64,000 bases of DNA from Perkinsus chesapeaki ATCC PRA-425 (Eukaryota; Protista; Perkinsozoa): positions 3,552-67,551 of the forward strand of contig JAAPAO010000127.1 of NCBI GenBank assembly GCA_013115145.1, given 5' to 3'. The notes under the pieces were generated by a model, which saw only the letters and a program-made list of their open reading frames with translations, did not search any database and was not told the DNA's origin. Position 1 is the first letter of the stretch. The number at the start of each line of letters is the position of its first letter. Positions 9,801 through 21,409 of this stretch are shown one piece after another. Both the position numbers and the translations under genes were made by a program.

Positions 9801-12800
9801 GGGCAATAATATTTCATAATGACCAAAGTGCCTAATACCAAAAACGCAATACAAAAATCGCTTCGCTCCGCTAACCTACCCTGATTTCTCTCGATAATAT
9901 CTCCGAGTGGCTCAGGTTTGGCTTTTCCCAAATGCAGACGTCTGTGCACCGCCAACGTGTGGCTCGGTACCGCTAGTAACTAAAAATGACCGCTGCGCCA
10001 CGAAATTCATCCACCCGGTTCGTACTGTAATGTCTGCAACCTCCGGAGATCGATCCCTTCCTCGCTCGCTTGTTCGAGTTCCGATGGAAGTTTTCATTCT
10101 GAAAATTCAACCATTATGGGCCGGAAAAAATAGGAAAATTCCCGGAAAATTCCGGTCGTTTTTCCCCTCCCTGATTTATATAATATTTTCACATTGCAAA
10201 ATCGTTTTTCATATCATCAGGGGAGACAATGCCGTCCAATCTCGGACGAAAATCAAAACAATGGCCTCGAATTTAGTTTCTAAAATTATACCCCGCCAAA
10301 ATCTCAAAAAAATTCCCGTTATTTTTCCACGAAAAAGTCGTAAATTCGTTTTTTCCGGTGGTAATCTTACGCATCATTAAGCATCGAATCAAGTGTCCTT
10401 CCAGCACGAGATCGACTTCCGCGATGTAAATGATGATGTCCGTCGCTGCCCTGTCGGGTAGGTCCGTACATATTCCAATCTGCAGCGCCTGTGCTGTCCT
10501 CCTCAGCGCTCTCAGATACAACCATATCGCTCTTCAATTGGGACCAATCCATCTCAGTCATTCTGAAAGACGCAAGTTCGATTCCCGGCAGCGGAATTTT
10601 TAGGACTGTCCGTTACTTCTGACAATTTCGCGATAACTTGTCCAACAAAGATGCCAAGGTTAAACTAGAAAATTTCTCTCCAGAAACACAGCAAACACTT
10701 CCCTCCAAATTTTCCATCGACCAAATCCGCAATTTCAAGCAAATTTCCGAGCAGTTTTTCCCTGAAAATTTCCGAAATTTTGTCATCAAATACCCAAGCT
10801 CACCCATCAAGCCGTCTCCGTCTAAGATACGCCAAACCAATCTGTGTTGGGTCCAATTCGCTCGCCTTCTCATTAGTAGCCTTCAATGCATCAACAACCG
10901 ACTCGAAAATTTGCGGTAACTACCAAAACAAAATCAACCTCACCCGAAAAGATTCCCCCGCCTACCTCAGCAGTTCTGAGCATCCGTATAGTCGTTCCAG
11001 CGTTATCCGCTATTGCAGGAATACCAAAGCCCTGCAGTCAAGAGTGCAAACGTTTTAATGTGGGTAATTAATTCCGATTCTGAGATTTATTTCCCCAAGG
11101 TTACCTCTCCTCCCCTTAAATCCGCCGATGTCACTATCCTAACATTAACGTGCATGGCCGCTTCTTGAAGCTCTCGCTTCCGATCGTCAACTCTCTTAGA
11201 CTCGAGCTCTAAGCGATTCTTAACCTGACAAAATCGATCACGTGGTTATCAATTCAACCTATTTCGTATCTTACCGTTTCATAAGACGGATTCGTTAATA
11301 TCTTATCTGCCTCAGAAGCTTTCACATACACCAATAAATACCTAAAAATGCCCTCCCCCGGGTTCGAACCCACGACCTTCCCCTTACGCGCTATATATTC
11401 TTTGCCTCGTCACTTCCGTCGGAGATCTCAAACCTTTTGTAAGATAATCAGATGGAACCACATCGGTGCCGCCGAAATTATCCTCAACCTGAAACGAAAA
11501 ATGTAAAACGAAAAACGCTTCGCTCCGCGTGAACACTCACCGCCGCATACTCCGAAACCTTCGTAACAGAATCGTCATCAAACCGGAACCAATCAGTTCC
11601 TGAAATCGATCGATTGGGCGCGCGCTTGTAACATCACCGATAAACTCACCTTCTCCTTTTGGTCGAATAAAAGCATAATAGTGTCCCGAATTAACATCCC
11701 CGGAATGGACCTATTATGGTTATCCCCTGGTTATCCGAGGTTGAAGCGCGAATTCCAGGCTCAAAAAGATACGCCCGCGTAGAATCTTCACAGTGCGCAG
11801 CTTCCTCCACCTCCTTACCAGAACCGTGTGAAGAATATAGTCTCCTGTCCCGGGAAGCAAATTATCCAAATTCAAACGCGTTGGGAATTCAAACCGATCA
11901 TGCCTGAGCAAAATCGATCACGTGATCGATTACGAACCCCCTTACAATTTAACCATGTCCATCCTGGCGAAATCAAAATTGAATCTTTTCAGTTGAATAT
12001 TTAGAACCGGTGGGAACTTCGTAAACCGAATACCTTTCCTTGCCCTTTGCTTTCCATGACCTAGTAATCGAAAGGTCACGGGCTCAATTCCCAGTCGGGG
12101 CATTTTTATTACCTTCTGCTTCATAGGCATTCTCCCCCTCCAACATCTCCACTTGCGTAAAATCAAGTAGAGAATCTTGTAGAGTCTTCAGTCCAGCCAC
12201 ATTCAGCGATAAATCATAGAAAGGCTCAAGTCTGATAGGAGTAGAAAAAAAATCGAGTGAACCCGAAACCACAAAAGCTCGAGTGAGAATGAAGATGTCC
12301 AAGATTTTCCTGTCATTGTCGTGCATTCCCCAGCAAATATATTTGAAATTTCCCGAATTTTTCGGAAAAAATGTCCAATTTTCCCGAAAATTTCCGGTAA
12401 TTTTCCCTAGAACATCTCAGATTTCCTTAGTTTACTACCTTCTACTAGAGTAGCTTATATCCACACATTCAATAAAGTTCTCAAGCTCTCCTTCGAAGAG
12501 TTGCTGTATCGCACCGTCGACCGAAGTACCCTTCAACTTCTCCTCCAACTTGTCACAGAGGAGTCTCTCCAACTCTTGAGCCTAGAAACAGCAGAATCTT
12601 TAAATATAAAGAATCCCATAATCATCAGGTATAATAAAAGTCTATTATATCATATCATGAATAGTTACAGTGTATCTGTCAAACTACCAGTAAAACATCC
12701 CAGGTTCCATTCCCACGCAGAACACATCAAAATTATCATGTTCTCCTCCATCAACTGGCCGATCTATTTTAATGTTTATTTGGTTGCCCTAAGACGTGCT

Positions 12801-15800
12801 GTTCTACAACCTTCCTCACCAAGAACCCCACGAAAGACCTCCTTCACGTAGTAATACGTACCATACAGCAAGACTATTATTAATTTCATACCGCTCCTCT
12901 CTTACGTCATGTTGAGTAAATGCATCCATCGAATCCCATCCAAATGCTCTTATCAAATCCTTACAAGTCACCGGGACATCAGAAGTCTGCAAGTCCAAAA
13001 AGACCTGACCACAACAACTCTCAAGAGATGGATGATATAACGACCATCGATAATTTTCAACTGAGACACTGCATTGGATGCCTGGATCCCTCTACCGCCT
13101 GGTGCTCTCTCTGTGCGCTCGATCTTGGACTCTATATCAACACACTGTCCCCGATAGCGTCCAGCCTTGCGAACCAGAATCCAATCCGAAACTCGCTTAA
13201 TCCTCAAGTACAATCGAAACGACAATGAGGGAATTGCGCACCTACCGAACGCATGCTTCAACCTAAGATACTACCTTTTGCAGTGCAATCGGCAAGCTCA
13301 ATCGACCTCCAGATGGACTCATACATGCCAATGAATCTTCCTCTCCAATTTCCCCACCTTCCTCATCCTTAGCCAGACCTGAGACACCCCTCAAAAATCT
13401 TCACAGTGCGAAAGATTCCTACGTTCTCGCTCCGCTCTAGGATCAACCGAATAAACAATCTCCCGGAATCTTCCCAAATGATACAACGACTGTAGCAGTC
13501 CATTCAGGTAGCAAGTTGCCCCATGGTTTCGAAGACCAACGAAACTGACGACAGAAAAATCAAAAAAATTTTTTCCCTGCAAAGCTACCCTGTTCCTCCT
13601 CGCTCCCTATCAGTCCCGTTGCCCAGAACTGTCTCGGCTTGCCTAGCGTAAGCTGATGCTCTCAAAACCTAACAAAACAGCAAGTAAAATAGGATATGTT
13701 TTCCAAACTCGGTCGCCTTTTCACGATTATTTCTACAGATTTACTTTTCCTCCGGTTTAACATGTCTCATTCAATCACAAGTTCAATTATCTTTACTCTC
13801 GACAACCGTGTAGTGTTGGAGGCCTCTCCTGGCTCCCGTCTCGGGAGATCTTTATTATTTACCCCGAAAAACAACTTCCAAAAATTCCCACCAATTTTTA
13901 CCGAATAATATAACTTTCCCAATCTTACTTGGAAACACATATCTCCCCACTTTACGAAATTTCCCAAAAAATCGATAATTTTTCCCATGTTTTCCCCCCT
14001 ATTACCAAATTCCCTTCCTCATCCAACCAGCCTTCTTTAGGATCCAATACTTTATCGATTAACACCAGATCATGCCAACCACGATCAATCTCAGCCTTGC
14101 AGAAATTATGACTGTCAGATTTAACCTGATCATAAATCATTGAAATATTACAAAAACCTATCTCTTCAGTCACCAAGATGACCCATGCCTTGCTGCTCGC
14201 CCAGTGAAATATCTCACTTCAAAAACTAGACATTAGAGCCCCCCAGATTTCCTCCCTATTCTCACGAAGCCCAGCCTCAGGCGGCTTTGCTATGAACAAC
14301 CGCTGAGTGAATTCCAAAGTTGACCAAAGTCCACCAATACCAAACCGCTTCACCCATTTCGAGTCGTGACGGAATATACTACAAATTCACATTAATTTTT
14401 ATATTGCTTCATATGATTTATCGAATACCATATCCAACTGCATCACAAGCCCATCAGAGATTTCTTGCGCGCCACGAAACTCTACTTCCACTTACAACAG
14501 ATTTTCTGTAATCCTTCTGGTTGATAACAATAATCTGAAACTTAACACCAGCATAGACAAACCGAGGATCCATGCCTGACATCGAAAATTCACTGCGCCA
14601 CGAAATTAAAAAACCACTACTACCTTCCTCCCTCTCCTGGCATTCTACATAGGCAGCTAAATAGGTCGGCGCACGTGTGCGATTGCCGTGGGGGAAGACC
14701 AAAAGCTGAGGAGAAGTTGGTATGAGAATTCTCGTTAAAGCCACAGAGATTTGGATCCGAATACATCCGAAGCGGTGAGTCACATTCCCCTATTGAAGAG
14801 ATGTCCGACTTTTTAATGAGATTTCAAGTTGTATTTCTCCGGTATATGGTATTCTCCATTTACCATACGCATTGCAATATACTACATTTAATACGAAATG
14901 AACTATAAAAAACATATAGGATAAAATGTGCGGCACTTTCATCTACGAGCCTTCATAATTCCAAATAAGGTTCCACCTTGGAAGGGGTCCAGTTTCCTTA
15001 TAATTTTCCATTCCCGATGACTTGAACCATAACTTCATCAGAAGATCTAATGGGACAATTATACCATATAAAAGCACCCTCAAATTTCACAAAACGTGTA
15101 TTCATGAATCGCTTCGCTCCGCCTGAATATTGTTACCTTAAAAGTAAATGGTCCAGCTGTGAGGGAGGGTGAACGAATCTGCTCCATTGGTTGATATTTC
15201 GCAATATCCGCTATCTTAAACTCCAGCTCATTAGGGGCACATGGTGGAATTGTAGCTGATTAAACAAAAGAGCGGTATGAGCTGCACCAACACACACACC
15301 CGACCAAGCTAAAGCATATACTAAAGCACCGCTCTGTAGACGTGCCGAGCTTTCCAGCAATAAAAGGACGAATACGATATTCAAAAACCTTCGCTTAAAA
15401 ACGAGTCAATGCTGCTCCTCGGTGAATTAATTGAATATAGCATTTGGGCATATTTCCATTTGGCTCGATTTACGTGGCCCCGAGAATTATGATATATTAA
15501 TTATGACAACGAAGTAGTAGTAGAACAGAATAGGCACCAATTTTATCGACACAGCTACCAAAAATGCCATAATTATTAACTGCGAGAATTTTTAAGAAAT
15601 TTCCAGAAAGAAAGTTTTTATTCAATAAACCTCGGTGGTATTATCAAATAGTAGGACACTACTGTTTATCATTATCACTATATTATACCACTGTTATTTA
15701 TATTATTACTATAGAAGACAATATTGAATATCTCCCTTATATTATTACCAGCATTATGATCCACTTCTCCTCTTTGTTGTAGATCCTTCCGACTGCTACT

Positions 15801-15890
15801 ACCATCACTAGTTCGTGATGAGCCCGGTGATGAATCTCCCTTATGCCCTCGAGTAGATGACGGAGATTTCCCGCCACTCAAAATCGACAT
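6894..15890 (-). CDS. USP7: USP7/Ubp15-like ubiquitin carboxyl-terminal hydrolase (MATH + UCH + C-terminal region), many exons
   Basis: Spliced by eye: MATH (ELEFKIADIAK..SPSLTAGPFTFK|LLVFPHGN..YLAAYVE), Cys box GFVGLRNHGATCYLNGLLQSLY, DAFTQHDV, YEAEG|HGKQRARKGIRFTKFPPVLNIQLKRF, His box HTVL|VHSGDVNSGHYYAFIRP, WFRFDD, EDNFGG, YLLVYV, C-terminus IRQKLLVPE..SLDHP..PLTIK*. Confidence 0.92.
7521..7568 (-). other. 48-nt intron containing a tRNA 3' fragment (sense)
   Basis: GTAAG..ccggg-TTCGATT-cctgg-cctcggt-a-ttttt..AAAG; removal joins TDRSK|VMEVYGG. Confidence 0.85.
7727..7770 (-). other. 44-nt intron containing a tRNA 3' fragment (sense)
   Basis: GTGAG..atagg-TTCGTTC-ccggc-accccgc-a-ttt..CAG; removal restores frame (DLG|DLKPSLTVNQLW). 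Confidence 0.8.
8322..8369 (+). other. 48-nt minus-strand intron containing a tRNA 3' fragment (antisense to the gene)
   Basis: + strand ccagg-TTCGATC-cccag-cgagagc-a-CTTAC; the CTTAC is the minus-strand GTAAG donor. Confidence 0.75.
8797..8844 (-). other. 48-nt intron containing a tRNA 3' fragment (sense)
   Basis: GTAGG..acggg-TTCGATC-cctgg-cgaggac-a-tttt..TAG. Confidence 0.8.
10563..10601 (+). other. tRNA 3' fragment (antisense) at the 3' end of a ~240-nt intron
   Basis: gcaag-TTCGATT-cccgg-cagcgga-a-ttttt, directly beside the minus-strand acceptor at 10563. Confidence 0.75.
11342..11387 (-). other. 46-nt intron consisting of a tRNA 3' half (Thr-like geometry, sense)
   Basis: GTAA-gggga-aggtc-gtggg-TTCGAAC-ccggg-ggagggc-a-ttttt-AG; the following exon encodes YLLVYVK. 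Confidence 0.85.
12061..12112 (+). other. 52-nt minus-strand intron consisting of a tRNA-Thr(AGT)-like 3' half (antisense)
   Basis: CT-AGT-AA-tcgaa-aggtc-acggg-CTCAATT-cccag-tcggggc-a-ttttt; removal joins YEAEG|HGKQRARK. Confidence 0.88.
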
Positions 15891-15982
15891 ACTTCAAAAA
15901 TGATCACAACAACAACTACTGTCATACACTAATTTGCATAACAAAAATCGCTTCGCTCCGCTGTCACGCTAAATACACAAAC

Positions 15983-16009
15983 TAGCCCCTGCCGAGAATC
16001 GAACCCGGC
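15983..16009 (-). other. tRNA 3' fragment (intergenic/UTR)
   Basis: ccggg-TTCGATT-ctcgg-caggggc-t; T-stem pairs fully. Confidence 0.7.
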
Positions 16010-16123
16010 AGGCCAAGAAGATCTGATTTTTCCCAGGAAAATAGCGATACCAAATTTCCTCTAGATTCACCATAAATACAAACTTGTTTAAAAACTATTA
16101 CTGAGGGATTTGTTTGATTTAAT

Positions 16124-16148
16124 TGATCTCTCCAAGAATCGAACCCAT
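16124..16148 (-). other. tRNA 3' fragment (intergenic/UTR, degenerate)
   Basis: atggg-TTCGATT-cttgg-agagatc-a. Confidence 0.55.
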
Positions 16149-16216
16149 GCCCTCTCCCTCAACAAAATGCCAGTCACACACAGCAATGAAACGTAGTCGA
16201 GCACCCAAGTGCCACG

Positions 16217-19200
16217 CTAGCAAGGAACTGTTAAATTAAACCGCCTCTCCCGGGGATCGAACCTCCGCGGGTTTTCGTACACCGGGTTCTCGAGCAAGCG
16301 CCAGCTGCAACGCATCTCTATATATCCCCTTTGCGATCGATCGATACTCTCCATCATCTTGACTCAGAAAATTGTCCATCATTACCCCACAATTCACCTA
16401 TACAAAAAATGGTAAACATGAATCGCTTCGCTCCGCCTACTACCTCAAGTATCTTTAACTCGCCATTCGTTAGCTCGACAACGTCCACACTACAGAAGTC
16501 GATTCCTATTGCGTTTGTCGCGGCTACCGCAAGCGAAGCAATCTGATGAGATACTTCATAACCCGGACAACATTGACCAAATTCGACGTGCCAAAATGGA
16601 ACAAGAATGTAATATTACACTATAGCCAATAGTACACTTTATTATTCAGCCAAGATGGTGCGTTCATAGAAAATGAGTTGTTGGTGGTGGAAAAAGAATC
16701 TTTTAATGAATAATAAAGCAGTAAGATTGGGGTTCAAGATAGGAGCTAAAACACAATTTAAAATAGGGCCAAGATGCAGCCAATACTTTCCCGTCCTCGA
16801 CGGGCTCCCCTTGAATCCCATCACCTCGGAGCGTCACCCGTGAATTTCTGTAATTTCTCTAGCGCGCATAAAATGCAGCACCTTGAATGAATCCAGTCAG
16901 AAATGAGAGACCAGCTCCTCTCCTCCTCAGCCCTCCTTCTCCACATTACCCTTTTCCCCATATCAGAATCCATCTCAACTAACTTCGCCTTCGCACCTAG
17001 TCCCAAATTATGCTTCCACTGTAGTGGGATTATCTCATCCTTCTCAGGTACCCAGTCAGCATCTTCAACTGCAGCCAAGCAGCTCGCTATTCCCTGGAGA
17101 CAAATCAATGGCGAGCATTCAAATAAAGCGGCAACCCTAAACCCACTATCGAATAGGTTCCACTGTGGAAATATTCCCTTAATTAATTCGCCCAGCAAAT
17201 CATGCTCTGCAGGGTGGCGAAATGCAACCGAAACCCGACCCTCCAGTCGACGATCTGCCGTTCCTATAAGCTTTAAAGCTGTCAACAAATCTCCACGCTA
17301 CAAGTGCTCTTTAAACTACTCAATTCCATCAGTTACCTCTTGATCAAAAATTTCCACGGAAATTAGGAAATCGTTCACGCTCTTTGATGGTTTATGTCGC
17401 TTTGTGCCCAAAAAGGTTCTTAACATGCAGATACCACATAAACCTCCAAAAGCAAGCAGCAGCAGCAAGATGAAGTGCCACATTGTTCCCTATCTCTCCT
17501 ATAGCCCCCCCCTCCCTTTGTCCATTATTAACCTGTGCATTATGTTTATTAAGCCTCTGTGCACATAGTTCCGTTATTGTCTTGACTCCATCTCCCTTCA
17601 CCGATTGCCTCTGCTTCGAATACATTAATCTCGGTCTGCGATGGGTACATACAACCCTGTATTCATTCAATATATTCAGAAATGGTGAAACTGCCAACCC
17701 ATACCTGACAAAAAATTTCCGAAAATTTGCATAAAATCCAAAGAAAATTCCCGAAAATTTCCATTTCCCGATTCCCCAAATGACTTATTGTGGATGATAA
17801 CCTCAACAATAAGACATCATTATCAGAATTGAAGGGCCTAAGAAACCATATATTGACCATGGACCAGCGAGCCAGCTAGCGAAGATGCGTCCCTAGGTGA
17901 TGGAATAATATTTATAATGCGGAGACGTAGCGAGGATCTTTCTATGAAATAGGAAGAAAGGTCCCAAATGCTTTGCTTTTACCAGCATTTGATTCTCATC
18001 CATGAATCGCTTTTAAAGCATGTCTTCGCCTGAATTGGTGAAGGAAATTTTGAGGAAAAACAGTAAATTTTCCTTTGTTCACATTTGCGTGCTTAATTAC
18101 AGTCTTCTATGGGAATTGAACACAAGCTTAACTGACGAAAACTAACACCTATACCAGAACTGAGATTAGTGAATCAAAATCACCGATACAGAAAAATAGC
18201 CATCATCACGTTCGCAAACCTAACTAACTGAAAAGAGTTTTACCACTGCGATGTACGGAGGTAAAAATGATTGTTCACCTGCTCGCTCGAAAGAATTTTT
18301 TTAAGAAAGTGTTTTTTTTGCAATTTTTTCTGTCTTACTCTCGGCTGAATATAGTCAATATTGCCGCTTCCGCTTCTCTGACATTATGCGCCACCATAAC
18401 ATCAGCTCCACCAGTACCTAACCATCAGCTGGGATAGACGAGGCATTAAGATTAGGGAGGCAATTAGCCAAGTCATACCAACCACGAGAATTTCTAGAGT
18501 TATCCTCGTAAAATTTGAAACTGATATGACAGGGCTTAGGAATAAGATTCTTACTACCAATGATTATTAATCCTTATAAGCTTAAACGTATGGTTAATAT
18601 AGATTATATTAATACTTGACATAAGTACCAAGTTTTTATTAATACCACATTTCCGCCAAATCCTCTCTTCTATATTACCTTTCAATGGCTTTAACACTAA
18701 TGATTCCGACCCTTCCTTTTTCCAATATTTCAATACCTCCTCAACTGCACTTTGACCTTTAGGGATGTAATCTTTGGCGACAGAGCAACATGGATTAAGA
18801 AAGACTGTATGCGGAACATTTGGAACCTAAACAAATTCTCACTGCGCCACAAAATTATTGATACAGCGAATGTGAATTAATGCATGGGTGTGAAATAGCC
18901 CGATTGCCATTGAGATGAAACATGACGAGGACTTAAACGCAGAAGACTGGATGAGTACGCTACGACTGCATCACCCACACTCCAGGACGTCGAAAAAATA
19001 TATCTTTCCTCAAACAATACAAGCTCAATGTTCTAAAACCTACTCCATGTACTACCATTATCAGAACAAGGGTATGATACATATTACGGCAGGCATGGTA
19101 ATGGTCAGGCATTATTAGCTATCAGAAAAATGCGACAGAGCTACCTGTCCTGTACAGCAAATAATGCCTCCCACTGGACACAATCACCTCCGACATATCG

Positions 19201-19548
19201 ACAGAAATTCCAAGTCATTCCTCTTGGTGACCAGCTTCATCGGAGATACGGGCATTTTCCCAGCAAATATTTACCATTTCCTTACCCCGTGGTCCTCAAG
19301 CACGATGCTGGTTGCACTCTTCTCTTTGCAAATCTCAACTGCCGCCGCCGAGTTCACGTCAAACGTGTAGCCAAAAACAGAAGTCTGCCGAACCGGCGAG
19401 CTTTCTGAAAAAAATCTGAAAAATTTCCGCAAAATATTTTACTCGTTTTAAACTGTAGGATCCAGTCCATCGACATCCTGGTCATAATAAGATTCTCGTC
19501 ATTGGCAATCTCACCGAGTAGTGATATAAACCTTGCTCGTCTGGGCAT
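16217..19548 (-). CDS. RimK-type ATP-grasp ligase-like protein, multi-exon
   Basis: Spliced by eye: MPRRARFISLLGEIANDENLIMTRMSMDWILQFKT|KSSPVRQTSVFGYTFDVNSAAAVEICKEKSATSIVLEDHG|VPNVPHTVFLNP..LVLKPLK|GTGGADVMV..LQWKHNLGLGA..IASLAVAATNAIGIDFCSVDVVELTNGELKILE|VNCGVMMDNF..IYRDAL; KPxxGxGG, VD and LEVN are ATP-grasp motifs; some central exons unresolved. Confidence 0.8.
16228..16282 (-). other. Probable 55-nt intron containing a tRNA 3' fragment (sense)
   Basis: GTGTAC..ggagg-TTCGATC-cccgg-gagaggc-g-gtttaattt-AACAG. Confidence 0.65.
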
Positions 19549-19900
19549 TAAAAAGTGATGCTTCAAAGAGCTTGATATCATCGGTGGTATTTTACTAGGG
19601 ATAACCATTACAACAGAAACAAGTGCAGGAGACTTAACTGTACGATTAGAAGGAAATACGGTATAAAAAATTAACCTAATAATTTTGTTCGGCCAATAAT
19701 ATATTTTAGAAGTTTGAGTTTTCAAAGAGTACCCTGCGAACTTTTCCAGGATGGTCTATTTCGATGAGTAAATTATCGATTGCCGGACAAATGCTGAAAC
19801 GCTGACGAGTGATACATGTTGCCAGGATTCCGATTGACCTGAATAATCCTCAAACAAACCAACAGCTTTTTTTTCTGCTAGTACGCGGAAAACACTCCGA

Positions 19901-19953
19901 CTAAAAGATAAAAAAACAAATACCGTACCCGTGGTTCGAACCCGAGTCTTCAC
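19901..19953 (-). other. Probable 53-nt intron containing a tRNA 3' fragment (sense)
   Basis: GTGAAG..tcggg-TTCGAAC-cacgg-gtacggt-a-tttgttttttt..TTAG; the host exons are not resolved. Confidence 0.6.
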
Positions 19954-20274
19954 CACGACGGAATCCCGAGCAAGTACATCCTCAAGCGTCTTTTCATATG
20001 CTCGCCTGTTCGCTCGATTTCCTGCATTTCAGATTCTCAAGGAAGTCGCGCGATTCCTAAGGACGCTTGCTCGTACTCTTAACCTGCGTCTCATTCTTCT
20101 GTTTTGGGTTCACTTTGCAGCTCGAGTTTTAGATCAACCCGTCTGAAAATTAGGGTTTCTGTGCTGCAATTAGATATTTAGTTAGTTTTAGAGCTAATGA
20201 TTAGTTTTGGTAAAGAACAATACCCCATTTTCATCGTTGTATTATTGCTGTCCCAACCGCAACAAGCTAGCTCG

Positions 20275-21409
20275 TCAATGAAGATGGATCCACTGTTGGA
20301 GCCAATACTAGGGGGCACCGAGGTGAGACAATGTGACTATCTCAGCACCGTGGGACTCTCGGCACATATCAGAAATCAGAAATCACAGGCTGCTCCTTCA
20401 ACAACCGATAAGCGACAGACCTTGCATTTCGATGTCCATTCGGATGATAGGGATGAGCATGATAAGGTATTCTTCAAATGTCGGTATTTCCCCCAGCAAA
20501 GGGATGCTCATCTACAAGATTCAGTTGGCAGCTACATTGATGTTGTCCAGATCACCTTCGGAAGATAATATGGAGCAGATCATGCTTACGAGTGCTGAGA
20601 ACATCTGGTGAAGAGGCCGCGAATGTCAAGCTTTAACCAGCCCCGGAGCAGATTTGTGGGGATATGATGTTATTATCGGTGGTGATGTTATTATGGAAAA
20701 ATTAAAAGCTGCTAAATACGGTATCAGAATGAACCCTACAGGGGACTCCAAGTTGAGAAATCAACTGGTGATGAGATTCCGCTACAGGCTTTTCCCAAGG
20801 ATTTATGATAATCCCCCGGATGTGTACCAGATAGCTGCGACTAATTTTGCACGTGCATTGGGACTGGTATCAAAGGTGAGCCCAACGGGCCGCCAACGCT
20901 CATTACTGAGGGTGTGCTTGCTGATGTAGAAAACCTGTGCGGCTTACTTGTTGTTTAAGTACAAAAAGAGGAGTAAAAGTTTGCAAATACAAAGGATGCC
21001 ATTCTTCATCGGCAAGGGAGGATACAGCGAGGTGGATCATGCGGGGTAAGTTTGACGGCGGTTCACGATAGTAAGTAAGACTTGAGCCCCCTTCAGCATT
21101 TCGGTCGAACTGAAATTCAACATGTCTCAGCTTCGCCTGTTGGGGTCTAAGGTGAAAATAATGACATTGCGGCAACCAATCATGGGGAGAGATCTCATTA
21201 CTCAATCACATCAGTACGCTAAACATGCCAAGGAAATGCTCGCACGAGATGGAGTCTATGTCACTGAACATCCTGGAACACCTCGGTGGGTGACCGACTC
21301 AACTTCATTTGGATACGAATCAAGGCTTTTTGCCAACATCAAAACTATTATTATTTACCTAACAGGAGGTACGACCGATTTTCAACCTTGGTGCGGATAC
21401 CGTAAATAA
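20275..21409 (+). pseudogene. Frameshifted ORF remnants, possibly retropepsin/retroelement-derived
   Basis: Overlapping broken ORFs; YDVIIGGDVI resembles the retropepsin C-terminal D(V/I)I(I/L)GxD motif; no other motif seen. Confidence 0.3.

Noticed and set aside
11464-11482. Additional copy of the TTTCGTGGCGC cassette (gccgccgaaatt)
   Set aside because: It is coding sequence for the USP motif EDNFGGT
16645-16660. Spliced-leader relic (ccatcttggct on the minus strand)
   Set aside because: Only 11 nt match, it lies within an intron and is not upstream of a start codon
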